The notes under the pieces are model-generated. The model was not told the origin of the DNA, ran no database searches, and saw only the letters and a program-made list of their open reading frames with translations. From contig OZ024743.1 of NCBI GenBank assembly GCA_964016885.1, positions 167,214,001 to 167,278,000 on the forward strand: 64,000 bases of DNA. The letters run 5' to 3'. Origin of the DNA: Eledone cirrhosa (Eukaryota). Shown one piece after another: positions 49,824 through 61,798 of this stretch (positions are counted from its first letter, which is position 1; each line of letters starts with the position of its first letter). The position numbers were made by a program, and so were the translations under genes.

Positions 49824-52800
49824 ACCACGCTGTAAAATGGACGGGTAAGACATCCTCTCTAGTGCTAGTGGCACGAATAAAAGCACCCAGTCCATGCTGT
49901 AAAGTGGTGCTGGTGTTAGGAAGGGCATCCAACCAGTATATATATACTACTGCCAAACCTATGAGCACAACAAATGAGAATTGCAACAACTGCGTCAACA
50001 GCAATAACACTAACCATGTTAGGGCTGCGCACGGTAGTGGAGTTGCTGGTGAGGCCATGTGCGAGAACCCCCCGACCGTCTTCAAGCAATCACACTACAG
50101 GAAAAGGAATAAGAATATGAAGACATCGCATCTCAGAGTTGCAACACTTAATGTTGATCTGGTGAAATAGTGGAGATGCTGGAGAGAAGGTATGTGGATG
50201 TGTGCTGCATGCAAGAGGTGAGATGGAGAGGTGCCTCTGCAAGACTAATCGCAGGTAAACATCGTAGTTATAAGCTTTTCTGGGTGGGTAAGGATGATGG
50301 GTTAGGGGGAGTAGGCATTTTCCTGGCTGAGAGATGGATCGATAAGACAATAGAGGTAGAATAATTAAGCTTAGATTAGTTGTAGGCAAGAGACTACTGA
50401 CCATCATCTCTGCCTATGCTCCCCAGGCGGGCCTAGGTAAAGAAGAGAAAGACTGCTTTTACGAGCAACTTTTACAAACAGCCGCAATGACAGAGGACGG
50501 AGACATCATTATGCTAGCAGGGTATTTCAATGGACATGTTGGACAGCTCCAGGATGGTTACACTGGGGTACATGGTGGGCACGGTTACGGCTCAAGAAAT
50601 GAAGGAGTGAGACTTTTTGAATTTTGTGATGCATGTGCACTAACAATTTGCAACACTAACTTCTAGAAACCTGCCAACCACCTATTAACCTACAAATCAG
50701 GCGAGCACATAAGCCAGATTGATTTTTTATTAGTTAGGCAGCGGGACAGGCAGATGGTGTCAAATACCAAGGTATACCCTGGGAAAGGATGTACCCCACA
50801 GCATAGGTTAGTCATTAGTGATATCTCAGTAAGCAAGAAACAGAATGAGACATACAGGAAGGTGTGGAGAAGAAGGGTCTGGAAGCTAAAAGACCATTCA
50901 CTAAAATACAAATTTAGGAAAGCCCTTCAAGATGTATATGACAAAAAAGAAGACGATTTAGAGTCGTATTACATAGATGATAACTGGAATTTCTTACTTG
51001 ACAACTTGCTGCAGACTACTGATGAAACTTGTGACTGGAGCAGAGCTCCAACCAGACAGAGAGTGACCTGGTGGTGGATCAGCACGGTAGATAGGGCCAT
51101 TAGAGACAAAAGACTAGCATGGAAAGGGGTGGGAGTAGAGAAGGATATACAGCCACTAAGAGGGAAGCTAGACGTCAGGTATACTTAGCACGCAGGGAGG
51201 CTGAGAGTAGGAGGTTTGCCAATGTTCTGCGACGGAAAGATCTGAGACGTGCGGTGTTCCACATTTCAAGGCAGTGTGTCAATGCAAATCAGGATGTTGT
51301 TGGAGATAAATGTGTTCGGAATAATGCCGGTGTACTTAGTGTCACGAATGATCAGAAAAAGGAAGCCTGGAAATGTCATTATGAGAGACTGATGAATGTA
51401 GAGAACGAATGGGAGAGAGAGAAATTACCCTCAGTAGATCCGACAGAGGGACCAGCTATTGAGATTTATGAATATAGGGTCCAAGAAGCGATTAAGGAAA
51501 TGAAAAATGGTAAGGTCGCTGGACCATCAGGGATAGTTGCTGATATGCATCAGGCATCAGGAGAAGTAGGCACTAAACGCACCATCAATCAGGCTATATA
51601 TGGCGGTGTGATACCCAAAGACTGGTGCAACAGTATTCTCATAAATTGCTACAAAGGTAAAGGGAATGCTCTGGAGAGGAGCAATTATGAAAGTGGCAGA
51701 AAGGATATTAGCGCAACTAATTAGAGAAAGGGTCAAACTAGATGAGATGCAGTTTGGTTTTGTGCCTGGGAAAAGTACAACAGATTCCCTCTTCTTGGTG
51801 GTCCCTAGGGAAACTAGGTGTTGAGGAATGGCTTGTGAGGACAGTGTACATCAGGGTTCGGTCCTCAGCCCGCTCTTGTTCAAGCCATAACAGAGGAGTT
51901 TAAGACTGGCTGTCCATGGGAACTTCTCTATGCCGACGATCTGGTTTTTATAGCAGAATCAGTAGAGGAGCTAGAGAATAAATTCTGGTTATGGAAACAG
52001 CAGTTGGAATCAAGAGAACTGAGAGTGAACCTAGCTAAGACGAAAGTGTTGATGAGTAGAAAAGAGGACAAAACTCTGATTCCGTCAGGGAAATGGCCAT
52101 GTTCGATATGTAGAACAGGAACTGGCATAAATTCCATAAAATGTACGCAATGCAGATCTTGGGTACACAAGAGGTGTAGTGGGGTAGCAGGCAAACTAAC
52201 AGGTAGGGAGAAATAAGTATGCAGTAGATGTACAGGGAAATTTGACAGTAGAAGTCGCATTGATAGACACATTTTTCAAATGCAGGAGGGTGTTATAGAA
52301 GTGGTGGATAGCTTCTGGTACCTAGGAGAACAGATTAGCATGGGAGGAGGGTGTTCCGAGGCCATAGTATCTAGAATAAGGACGGGTTGGAAGAAGTTTA
52401 GGGAGCTGCTTCCTCTGTTGACAAAGAAGGGTTTCTTCCTGCGTATGAAAGGACGGTTATATGATGCCTGTGTGAGGAGCGCGATGCTGCATGGTAGTGA
52501 GACATGGGCCACAACTGCAGAGGATATGCGACGGCTGGAGAGAAATGAGGCAAACATGCTCTGTTGGATGTGCAATGTCAATGTGCGTGAACGACCCAGC
52601 ATGGGTTGAGAGAGAAACTGTGTCTGAGAGGGATAGAATGTAGTGTGCGAGAGACGATACTGAGGTGGTATGGACATGTGATGCGCATGGAGGATGACCG
52701 ATGGGTGAAGAAGTGCCAAGAAATGCCAGTTGAAGGAAGACGTAGTAGAGGAAGATCACGAAAAACATGGGCGGAGGTGGTGAGAGCAGACCTCAGATCA

Positions 52801-52920
52801 CTGAAACTCGCGATGGATATGACGAAGGACTGTGACAAGTGGAGAGATGCTGTGTGGAATAGGATCTGTCCCACCCTTGCAAGCAGGGAAAAGCGGACGT
52901 AAAATGATGATGATGATGAT
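49824..52920 (+). mobile_element. near full-length decayed RTE LINE with (GAT)n tail
   Basis: RVATLNV, CMQEVRW, YAPQ, QFGF, YADD, WPCSICRTG, LRWYGHVMR. Confidence 0.9.
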
Positions 52921-53043
52921 ATATATATATGATATATATTTATATATGATATATATATATGTGATTTATATATATAATATATATATATATATACGATATA
53001 TATATATGATATATATATATATATGATATATATATATATATGA

Positions 53044-53240
53044 TAAGACCAAAGATTAGTATGGTTCGTTGATTACTCAACGAGTACAATTTTACAATAG
53101 ATTAGAAGCACTCAACAGAGGTTTTCCTGGAGTTTTTAATATTATTCAAAATAATAACAAATGAAAAATATTCGCATAATCAAAATATATACTTTATTTG
53201 ATTATGCGAATATTTTTCATTTGTTAACATTTTGAATAAT
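53044..53240 (-). mobile_element. short PLE-type tail plus hairpin
   Basis: imperfect palindrome 53139-53242; tail hairpin 53110-53133. Confidence 0.7.
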
Positions 53241-53336
53241 ATATATATGATATATATATATATATATATATATGATATATATATATATATGATATATAAT
53301 ATATATATATGATATATATATATATATATATATATG

Positions 53337-53367
<31 letters not shown>

Positions 53368-53523
53368 ATATAATATATATATATGATATATATATATTAC
53401 ATATATAAATATATATGATATATATATGATATATAATATATATATATGATATATATATATATGATATATATATAATATATATATATATATATGATATATA
53501 TAATATATATATATATGATATAT

Positions 53524-53853
53524 AACCAAAGATTAATATGGTTCATTGATTACTCAATGAATATAGTTTTACAATAGATTTAAAAGCACTCTACAGTTAA
53601 ATTTTCTGGAGTTATTATTATTCAGAATAATAATAAATGAAGACATTCACATAATCAAAATATTTGTTTTATTATATATATTTCGAAGGTGCTGTGGTGT
53701 TTTTTCTGTACGTCCTCGTCAGATAAAATACATGAATATATTTTATCTGACGAGGACGTACTGAAAAAACACCCCAGTACCTTCGAAATATATATAATAA
53801 AACATATATTTTGATTATGTGAATGTCTTCATTTATTATTATTCTGAATAGTA
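53524..53853 (-). mobile_element. PLE-type tail plus hairpin with an HHR in each arm
   Basis: arms about 53616-53733 and 53736-53853. Confidence 0.8.
53741..53802 (+). ncRNA. type I hammerhead ribozyme (mirror at 53667-53728, minus)
   Basis: ttttat-CTGACGA-ggacgtactg/cagtaccttc-GAAA-tatata-TA-ataaaa. Confidence 0.8.
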
Positions 53854-53955
53854 TATATGATTGTATATATATATATATGATATATATATCATATATATAT
53901 GATATATATATATAATATGTATATATATATGATATATATATATATATGATATATA

Positions 53956-55208
53956 CGAGGTGTGTCAGAAAAGTTCCAGGACTGATGTCACAAAAGATTT
54001 ATTTCAAACCCAAACTTCACACTAAGAGTTTTCTCCCTCAAAGTAATCCCCCTGGAGTCTAATGCACTTTTCCATCCTTTTCTGCCACGCTTGCATGCAC
54101 TCCTGGAAGGATTCTTCCGGGATCCTCCGCAAGTCCGTCGTCACGGCCTTTTTGATGTCGTCCACGTCTTCAAAACGGGCCCCCTTGAGCTTGGGGAATA
54201 GGAAAAAATCACACGGAGCCAGGTCGGGGAGTAGGGAGGTTGCTCCAGCACGGCGATATTCTTCTCGGCCAGGAACTGTCGGATGCTCAGGGCATTGTGA
54301 GCAGGCGTTGTCATGGTGAAGCAGCCACGAGTTGTCCTACCACAACTCTCTCCTCTTGACACGCACTGAACGAAGCAAACGCTGCAGTATCTCTTTGTAG
54401 ACATGTTGGTTGATCGTCTGGCAAGAACTCGTAGTGGATGATCCCCCTCACATCGAAGAATGTGATCAACATGACCTTGACATTGGACTTCGACTGTCGT
54501 GCTTTCTTCGGCGTTGCCGACGACGGACTCTTCCACTGAAGGCTCTGGCGTTTGGTCTCCGGGTCGTACTCGAAGATCCATGACTCATCACCGGTGATAA
54601 CTGTCCCTAGCAAGTCTCGTTCGGTTTCATGCGTTGACCCTTCTGGTCATCATTCAGCAGTTTTGGCACCATCTTCGCGTAGACTTTTCACATGTCCAAA
54701 TCTTCAGTGAGAATTCCAGACGCTGTCCCAATTCATGCCCAGCATATTTGCCATCAGCCGAAACAATCAGCCGGCCGACGATCTCTACGCACCATTTGCC
54801 TGACGCGCTCAACGTTGACCGCAGTCCTGGTTGTTGAGGGCCTTCCGCTCCTGGGGTCATCTTCCACGTCCTCGCGTCCTTTATACCTATTCCACCACTC
54901 AAAAACACATGAGCGTGACATCGTCTCCTATCCATACACTTGCTGTAGCAATCCCAGTTCTTCTGACGGAGTTTTCCCCAACTGTACCAGAAACTTCAAA
55001 TTTGTTCGTTGCTCTGTGCTCATTGCTTGACGACTTGAAACAGAGGACATGTATATAAAATTATGAAGAAAAAAGTTTGATCGCTGCAGAGAGCTAAGAT
55101 TACGGTTACATACTCCAAGGGGATTACTTTGAAGGAGAAAACTCTTAGTGTGAAGTTTGGGAAATAAATCTTCGGTGACATCAGTCCTGGAACTTTTCTG
55201 ACACACCT
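53956..55208 (-). mobile_element. decayed mariner transposon
   Basis: TIR aggtgtgtcagaaaagttccaggactgatgtcac; EQRTNLKF, ITGDESW..YDPETKRQS, PPYSP. Confidence 0.9.
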
Positions 55209-55353
55209 ATATATGATATATATATGATATATATATAATATATATATATGATATATATATATATATATGATATATATATATATAATATATATATATGATA
55301 TATATATATATGATATATATATGATATATATATATATATAATATATATATATA

Positions 55354-55424
<71 letters not shown>

Positions 55425-55425
<1 letters not shown>

Positions 55426-55558
55426 CGAAGGAAATGTGGTAAGAAACCAGATGGACCATAACGCACCAAAGTACTCAATACTTAGGGTAGTAGAGTGGGT
55501 AATAGGAACAAGTAGCATCCCGACGGCTGAGCTCAAGGCGTTTCGACGGCTAATTCTG
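55425..55558 (-). mobile_element. PLE-type tail plus half hammerhead
   Basis: same family as 30741-30875. Confidence 0.75.
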
Positions 55559-55564
55559 GACTAA

Positions 55565-58500
55565 ATAAAAAAATTTTGCGAGGTTTTTGATATGAAATCG
55601 TGTGTCGAAACAAATATTGTTATACTTGGGGAGGGTCATATTTGTGTAATAATATTGTCAGAATTAATAACAGAACACACATATAACAAAATACTGGTGT
55701 GTATGAATATAACAAGAGACTTGGTTTGTGTATATAACGTTTAATTAACAAGCTGCAGTTATTTAGATTAGTATAGTTGACATGTCAATGAATAGATGAA
55801 AGAATGAAGTAAAGTCATTTGTTACCGTTTTGAAGTTAGCTCGCAAGAGGCCATGTTAGAGTTGCCAGACGAACGCGCCTGGCCAAAGGGCCAGGCAGGT
55901 TAGAAGACCAGGAGTCGAAAGGCAAATGAGAGAGAGCTGAAAGTTATTCCCTTTATAGGTGCTGGGGCGGAAGTGACAAAAAGGGCTCTGCCACCCCAAC
56001 GGGAAGCAACTCCAGCTACTTCCTGTCTAGAGAGCGTTACTCTATTGGTGATGTCATCGTCACAATAAGGGAGGCAACTCTTGCTACACACTCACTGTTT
56101 GGTTGGTTTTCGCTTCTGTGTCCTTTATATCGGTTAATTTAATTTAATTTTAATTTATTCGGTCCTCAATGTTACCATTGACTGACCAACGGTCAAAAAT
56201 ACAGATACAATATACACACAAACACATATATATAGTCTAACAAAGTTCTATCGTTGCACATCTGCAACATCGTCAGTGGTGCTATTATGCATTGTATGCC
56301 TACGCCATCTTTATTTAGTCTGTTTATTTATTTATTTATTTGTTTATTTTTTGTCTTCTCTGCGCATGCGTTTGCGTGTGTGTATAGTGTTTTGTTTGAT
56401 GTGTGTTCGTGTTTGGGTGACTGTGTATTGGTTATTGTATTCTATCTTAGTTTACTAGTGTGTGTTTATATGTGTTTGTTGTTATTGTGCTTGTGTAAGT
56501 ATTTATTTATTTATTTATACTTCTCTTAAGTCAGTGTTGTTTGTTTGGGTGTTGTTGTTATTCCATTCAATTTTTCTATTTAGCCTTGGCCTTCTAAGTT
56601 CTATTTCGCTGGCCTCTCTGATTTTCCTATCTGCTGGGTCATTTCTATGTTTAGATATTATTCTAATTTCTATGTTGTCTATGTTACCGGCGTGTTGTTG
56701 TCTGGTATGTTCGTATAGTACTGAACCGCTTTTTCGTCCTTCTAGTTCCCCCCAGTGTTGGTCTATCCTTTCACCTATGCTACGAGCTGTCTCGCCTATG
56801 TATGTTGTTGTCATGTTTCTGCAAGTACCCTCTGTACATCTTATGCAATAGACTACGTTTCTAGTTTTACAGTTTATCCGGAGGTTTACTTTACATATGA
56901 TACATTTCCTATTAGTACAGTGGGTTTTCTTAAAAGGGTAGGTTTTGCTGATCAGGGATTTTATGGTGGTTCCTGGCTTTTCTACCACCTTAATCTTTAA
57001 GTGGGTCTTTCTCAGGCTCTTTCTACACTGGTTAGCTAATTTCCCTCCAGGGGTAGCGTCCACAAACATGACACTCTGGTATCTCTGGTTGTCGTACCAT
57101 GAGGTGGCTTTCCCTATCTTATGTCTAGTCCTATCTAAGCTATTCCATGATTTGCTGCTGTATAATGGGCAAATTCCTTTCATGTCCAGTTCTATGAGGG
57201 TCTTATACTTCTCCGTGGCTCCTTCGTATACTCTGATTCTGTCTCTTTGGTTGTAGCCAGAGAACTGCGTGCGGTTGATGAAGTGTTGGATGTGTCTTTC
57301 CATTTCTGTTGGGTCGCACATGCGGGACACGTTCTTCATCACTCGTACCAAGTCTGCGATCAGAATATTAAACTTAGCACTACTGGACATTGTTGAGTTT
57401 TGAGTATCAGGTATTTGGAGGCCATGGGTTTCGCATAGTGTGAGTGGAGAATTTGGGCTCTCTCGTCTATAGTGTTAATCCAGAGTTCCGTGTCTAATAC
57501 AGGTAGTCTATTGTTAGGGTGTTTGGAAGGGTAGTCGATAGTTACAGTTATACTCTGGTGTATGGAATTAGCTATCTGCTGGATGCTTTCCATTGTGCTA
57601 CGTTCTAAATCAAACTTGTTAGTGCTCTCTTGTGGGGATGTCCTTGTTACTATATTGATGTCGTCTACGTAACGAGAGTACATGATGAGGTCTATGGAGC
57701 TGTCATCAAGGAGATCTTTGAGTGTCCTTTCCCACCATACCATAAAAAGGTTGGCAACATCCCCAGCTATGCTGACGCCAATGGCTGCTCCCTCATTTTG
57801 GGTGTAGATCTTCTCGTTGAACTTGAATATGTGGCCTTTAGGGTAGTTTTGATACTAGCCCATATTGCATGTGCGACCATTTTTCATCATTGTTTTGGGG
57901 GTCCGTATAGCTTTGGTCCACCCAATCCACCTTCCCATGGGAGTCTTTTTTGCCATTGAGGTTATGGTGGGCGGGTGGTCTACCTCTTATGGGTCTACTG
58001 GGGCAGAAACGTCTAAGGTCATGGCTGTCTAGGTAGTCAGTGTCGTAGGTAAGTCTAAGTAGGAGGCCCAGTTCGTCTGTGTAGACGTCGCAGAACTCTA
58101 CCTCACTCTCAATGATCATCTCCACACATTTTCACACAGCAAAATCAATGTTAATGGATGGGTACAGTGATACCACATCCATACTGCCTATTATGCAGTT
58201 GGATAGGTTCCTGGTTTTGTTGCACTCACTGATTCTGCTGAGGAGGTCCTCTGTACTGTCATATACATCTGGGGACATCTTGATTATAGGGTGTATAACC
58301 ATTGAGAGGAAGTAGGAGATCCTGTATTTGCTAGCTATATTTGCTCCGCATACAGGTCTTGTTGGTGGTCCTGTTGTCGGGTCGTCGACTCTCTTGTGGT
58401 CTTTGCGGAGCCCATACAAGGGTGGTATGCCATTGTTAAACGCCTGGAAGTTGTTGGCAGTGCGTCTGCTTGGCTTTAGGATGTCAGTCCACATCATCAT

Positions 58501-58908
58501 GTGAGCGTTGAGGATTTTCTCTCTCCCATCATGTATTTGCTGTGCAATTTCGCTCGTGTTGGTGATGTGGGGTTGCATAGCCTTGATGTAGTTCGGCATG
58601 CTGTCTATTGACATCCTACCAGACTTATCCGTGGGTAGACATACTACCTCACCATCCCTTGTGCGCTGTTTGAGGCTAACCAAGCCTTCTACAGGTTTCC
58701 TCCCAAGATGTTGGACCTCTGGTCTGCTCTGGCTCTTAGTATACCGGTCTACTATTTGTCTAATCTTATTTCTAGCTATGGTGAACTGTGCCTCTGTCTC
58801 GTCATCTATTTGTTGTGGTATACAAACCCTTTTATTAAAGGGTAACCTCGTAGGATAGATATTACCCATCTTATATGTTTTGTCATCTGGGTTGAAGAAT
58901 AGTTTCCC
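55565..58908 (-). mobile_element. 5'-truncated, frameshifted PLE (RT, GIY-YIG, pseudo-LTR), Nematis-like
   Basis: TDKSG, LYGLRKDHK, RPV, SMDVVSLYPSI, RYVDD, LPVLD, YIGET. Confidence 0.92.
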
Positions 58909-59954
58909 TAAGGGGTTGTCATTATATCTCTCGTCATAGTTGTGTGTGTTGCTATTATTGTTATTGTGGTTGTTGTTGTTCCTATCATTAGCATTATTAT
59001 GAGGGCGTCATTGTAGTAGGAGGCAGAGGCGTTAAAAATATCTTCATTGACAGAGAGGCCAGAGATTCTAATAGAGACGCTTTTTACTAAGTTATCAGTG
59101 TTGTTTTTGGGGTGGGTTAGAATTAACATTAATATATCTAAGGGACTCATTAGGTTTGTGGTACGGATAATAGAAGGAAGTATCTAGGTCTAGAGTGACA
59201 TCTAAAAAGTTGGCCCTAGTCATATTAGATTCTATAGTTATACTAAATCCTAGATTACGGAAGAACGAGCTTAAGTTTCTCCGAAACCCATCTGTGGTTC
59301 TGGGGTTAACCTTGTGCAGGGCGAAGAGGCCGTCATCTCGGTATAAACCTCCGGTTAGGTCAGTAAAGAGGTTCTTCAGGTGATGTAAAATGTACAGGCC
59401 CACAAGGTCGCTATTTTCAGCCGAGTCACTCGCTCCTATGCTGACGTCAAATTGGGTCTGAGACTTCTTGTTGATCCAGTAAGATCCATCGTGGTATAGG
59501 ATGTCTTACGAAGTTGAGGAAGTTTCCCTTATGGTCCTTCAGGGTAAAGTGCGGCGTCTTTACCCTTAAAGGTTCGATTCGGTCATGTAATTTAAGGGAA
59601 TGGCGATTTCTTTTCTGGCCGCGTTTGTCTCAGTCAATGCCATCTCTATTACCTTTTTGTAGGTGGTCATGATGGCATTTTTTGCCAGCTTATTGTAGGT
59701 CTGTGGGTCTACCTCATAAACATTTTTGGTTTAATCGGAGGAAATATGAAGATTAGGGGATTTTTTTATATTCCGCAATTCAGTTATACAACGGAGGACA
59801 CAAGTGCTGCGACCTTTGTATCTCAGAGAGCTACGAAATTTTATTCGCCAAGGGCCCGCTACTGAACAAACTCTCTGAACACTGCCCGAACTGCATGCAG
59901 AAAAACTTTGCAACTTTCAAATACCTTAAGCCTGTGATAATGCCCGATGGCTAA
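58909..59954. mobile_element. Hydra-like PLE pieces: RT fragment on minus (58909-59772) and endonuclease C-terminus on plus (59775-59954)
   Basis: GLYRDDGL, NFLDVTLDL, YHKPN; manual translation YNGGHKCCDLCISESYEI..LLNKLSE..C. Confidence 0.8.
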
Positions 59955-60501
59955 AAACGACCCCCCCCCTTTTTTTTAAACGCCAGCCGACAAAATAGTC
60001 CCTCTACCTCCTTCCCACCCCATCCCTCCTCAACCTGAAACACAGCATGGTTATGTAAGTACCTCTTACCTATCTTCATTTTCTGCTTGTAGAGCTGTTT
60101 TTATGTGCCTGTGTATATGCGTATATTTATGAGTACATATTTGTATGTATTTGTATGAGTGGCCGTTCGTTTGTATGCATATCGCTGCGTATACGTGCGT
60201 TCACATGTACCTGCATATGGGCATGTTTGTGTATGTTTGTGTGTGTGTATATATATATATGTATATAAAAGCTTCACGGCTCAGGCATTGCTTTATATCT
60301 CGAGATATCTCTGCACTTGTCGTCACATGGTACCATGGGCCCAGCACTATGTGTCAATAATTGTCACAAGTGAAGGGTTTGTACCAGAGTTTTCAAGTCG
60401 CTGGCTGGACTAAAAAGTCACACTCGTTCAGCGCATCGGTAGGAGTTCTCCTACATGGATATAAAGTAGTGACCGCACTCGAAAACGAGTTGGCAGCCAC
60501 C

Positions 60502-60557
<56 letters not shown>

Positions 60558-60561
<4 letters not shown>

Positions 60562-61752
60562 TTAAGGGTACTATTTATGGTTATGTATGCAATAAAACCT
60601 TTAATGGTAATATATTATATATACAAACCCTAAATAGTGAAAGATAGTCATTAATTATTATCCTATTACCAGTAAGATAAATAGCTCAATGTAATAACAT
60701 CAGTTGTTTTACAGAGCAGTTATATAGAGATTACAATAATCAAAGTTCAGTTTAAGTGATTTATTTGCTTACAATTGTTTCCTCCAAACCGAGGTTTGGA
60801 TTCTTCGGAGCAACTATTTACTGATCTATAACATACTTGACCTCCTTTTCAACCCAAGAGACACATAAAACATATGCGCATATTGATCAACAGTGGGGTG
60901 ACATTCATCAACTGATATAGCATGGCAATTTACATATAATGGTTACAGGATAAAAATAAAATAAAAACAAGAATGAAAATAAAGATAAACATGAAGCGTT
61001 GGCAGTCTATGAAGATAAAGCAAGAGGAAAGTTTAGAGTAGTCAGTGTATGAAACAATCTCACGTGTAGCATGCACGCGTGTCTTATTAATACATGATTA
61101 GAGTGCGTCAGAATGATATCTGCAGGGTCAGGCAGTTGAAGCAGGCAATCGATCTTATTATGTGGGCTGAATTATTAAGTCATATATTCTCATACATCTG
61201 TATGATATACAGTCTCGGATGCAGGGAAACACCAAAATATCAAGAACTTTCAACATACTATAAACCTTATTGTATCGTAGGCAAAGCCGTACCACTGTCT
61301 TCGCTCACACCACCACTCACATAATCCATGAGACGCAATATATACAGAGAACACGTGTCTATCGTGTAATTCGCGATGGTTGAGCATATAATCAAGCTAT
61401 AAACCGTATCCAGTCGGTTCCTAATTAATAGATCATGCTGTCCAGATTCCGGAAGTGTCTGAATGACTAAGGGGAATTAATGCGTAAGGGGAGGTAACTA
61501 GCTAGTTCATTCTTGTTTTTATTTTATTTTTATCCTGTAACCATTATATGTAAATTGCCATGCTATATCAGTTGATGAATGTCACCCCACTGTTGATCAA
61601 TATGCGCATATGTTTTATGTGTCTCTTGGGTTGAAAAGGAGGTCAAGTATGTTATAGATCAGTAAATAGTTGCTCCGAAGAATCCAAACCTCGGTTTGGA
61701 GGAAACAATTGTAAGCAAATAAATGACTTAAACTGAACTTTGATTATTGTAA

Positions 61753-61757
<5 letters not shown>
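60558..61757 (-). mobile_element. PLE 3' region with tail plus about 250-bp inverted tail-less arm
   Basis: 60727-60977 versus 61506-61757; related to 39010-39757 and 31831-32050. Confidence 0.85.
61670..61718 (+). ncRNA. type I hammerhead ribozyme (mirror at 60765-60813, minus)
   Basis: ttgct-CCGAAGA-stem II-GAAA-caattg-TA-agcaa. Confidence 0.8.

Positions 61758-61798
<41 letters not shown>

Noticed and set aside
55565-58908. Naiad-type selenoprotein PLE
   Set aside because: The endonuclease is C-terminal, and the ORF breaks look like ordinary frameshifts rather than in-frame TGA at cysteine positions.
60380-60435. CTGAACGA...GAAA motif on minus
   Set aside because: Core spacing is wrong and stems I and III are unconvincing.
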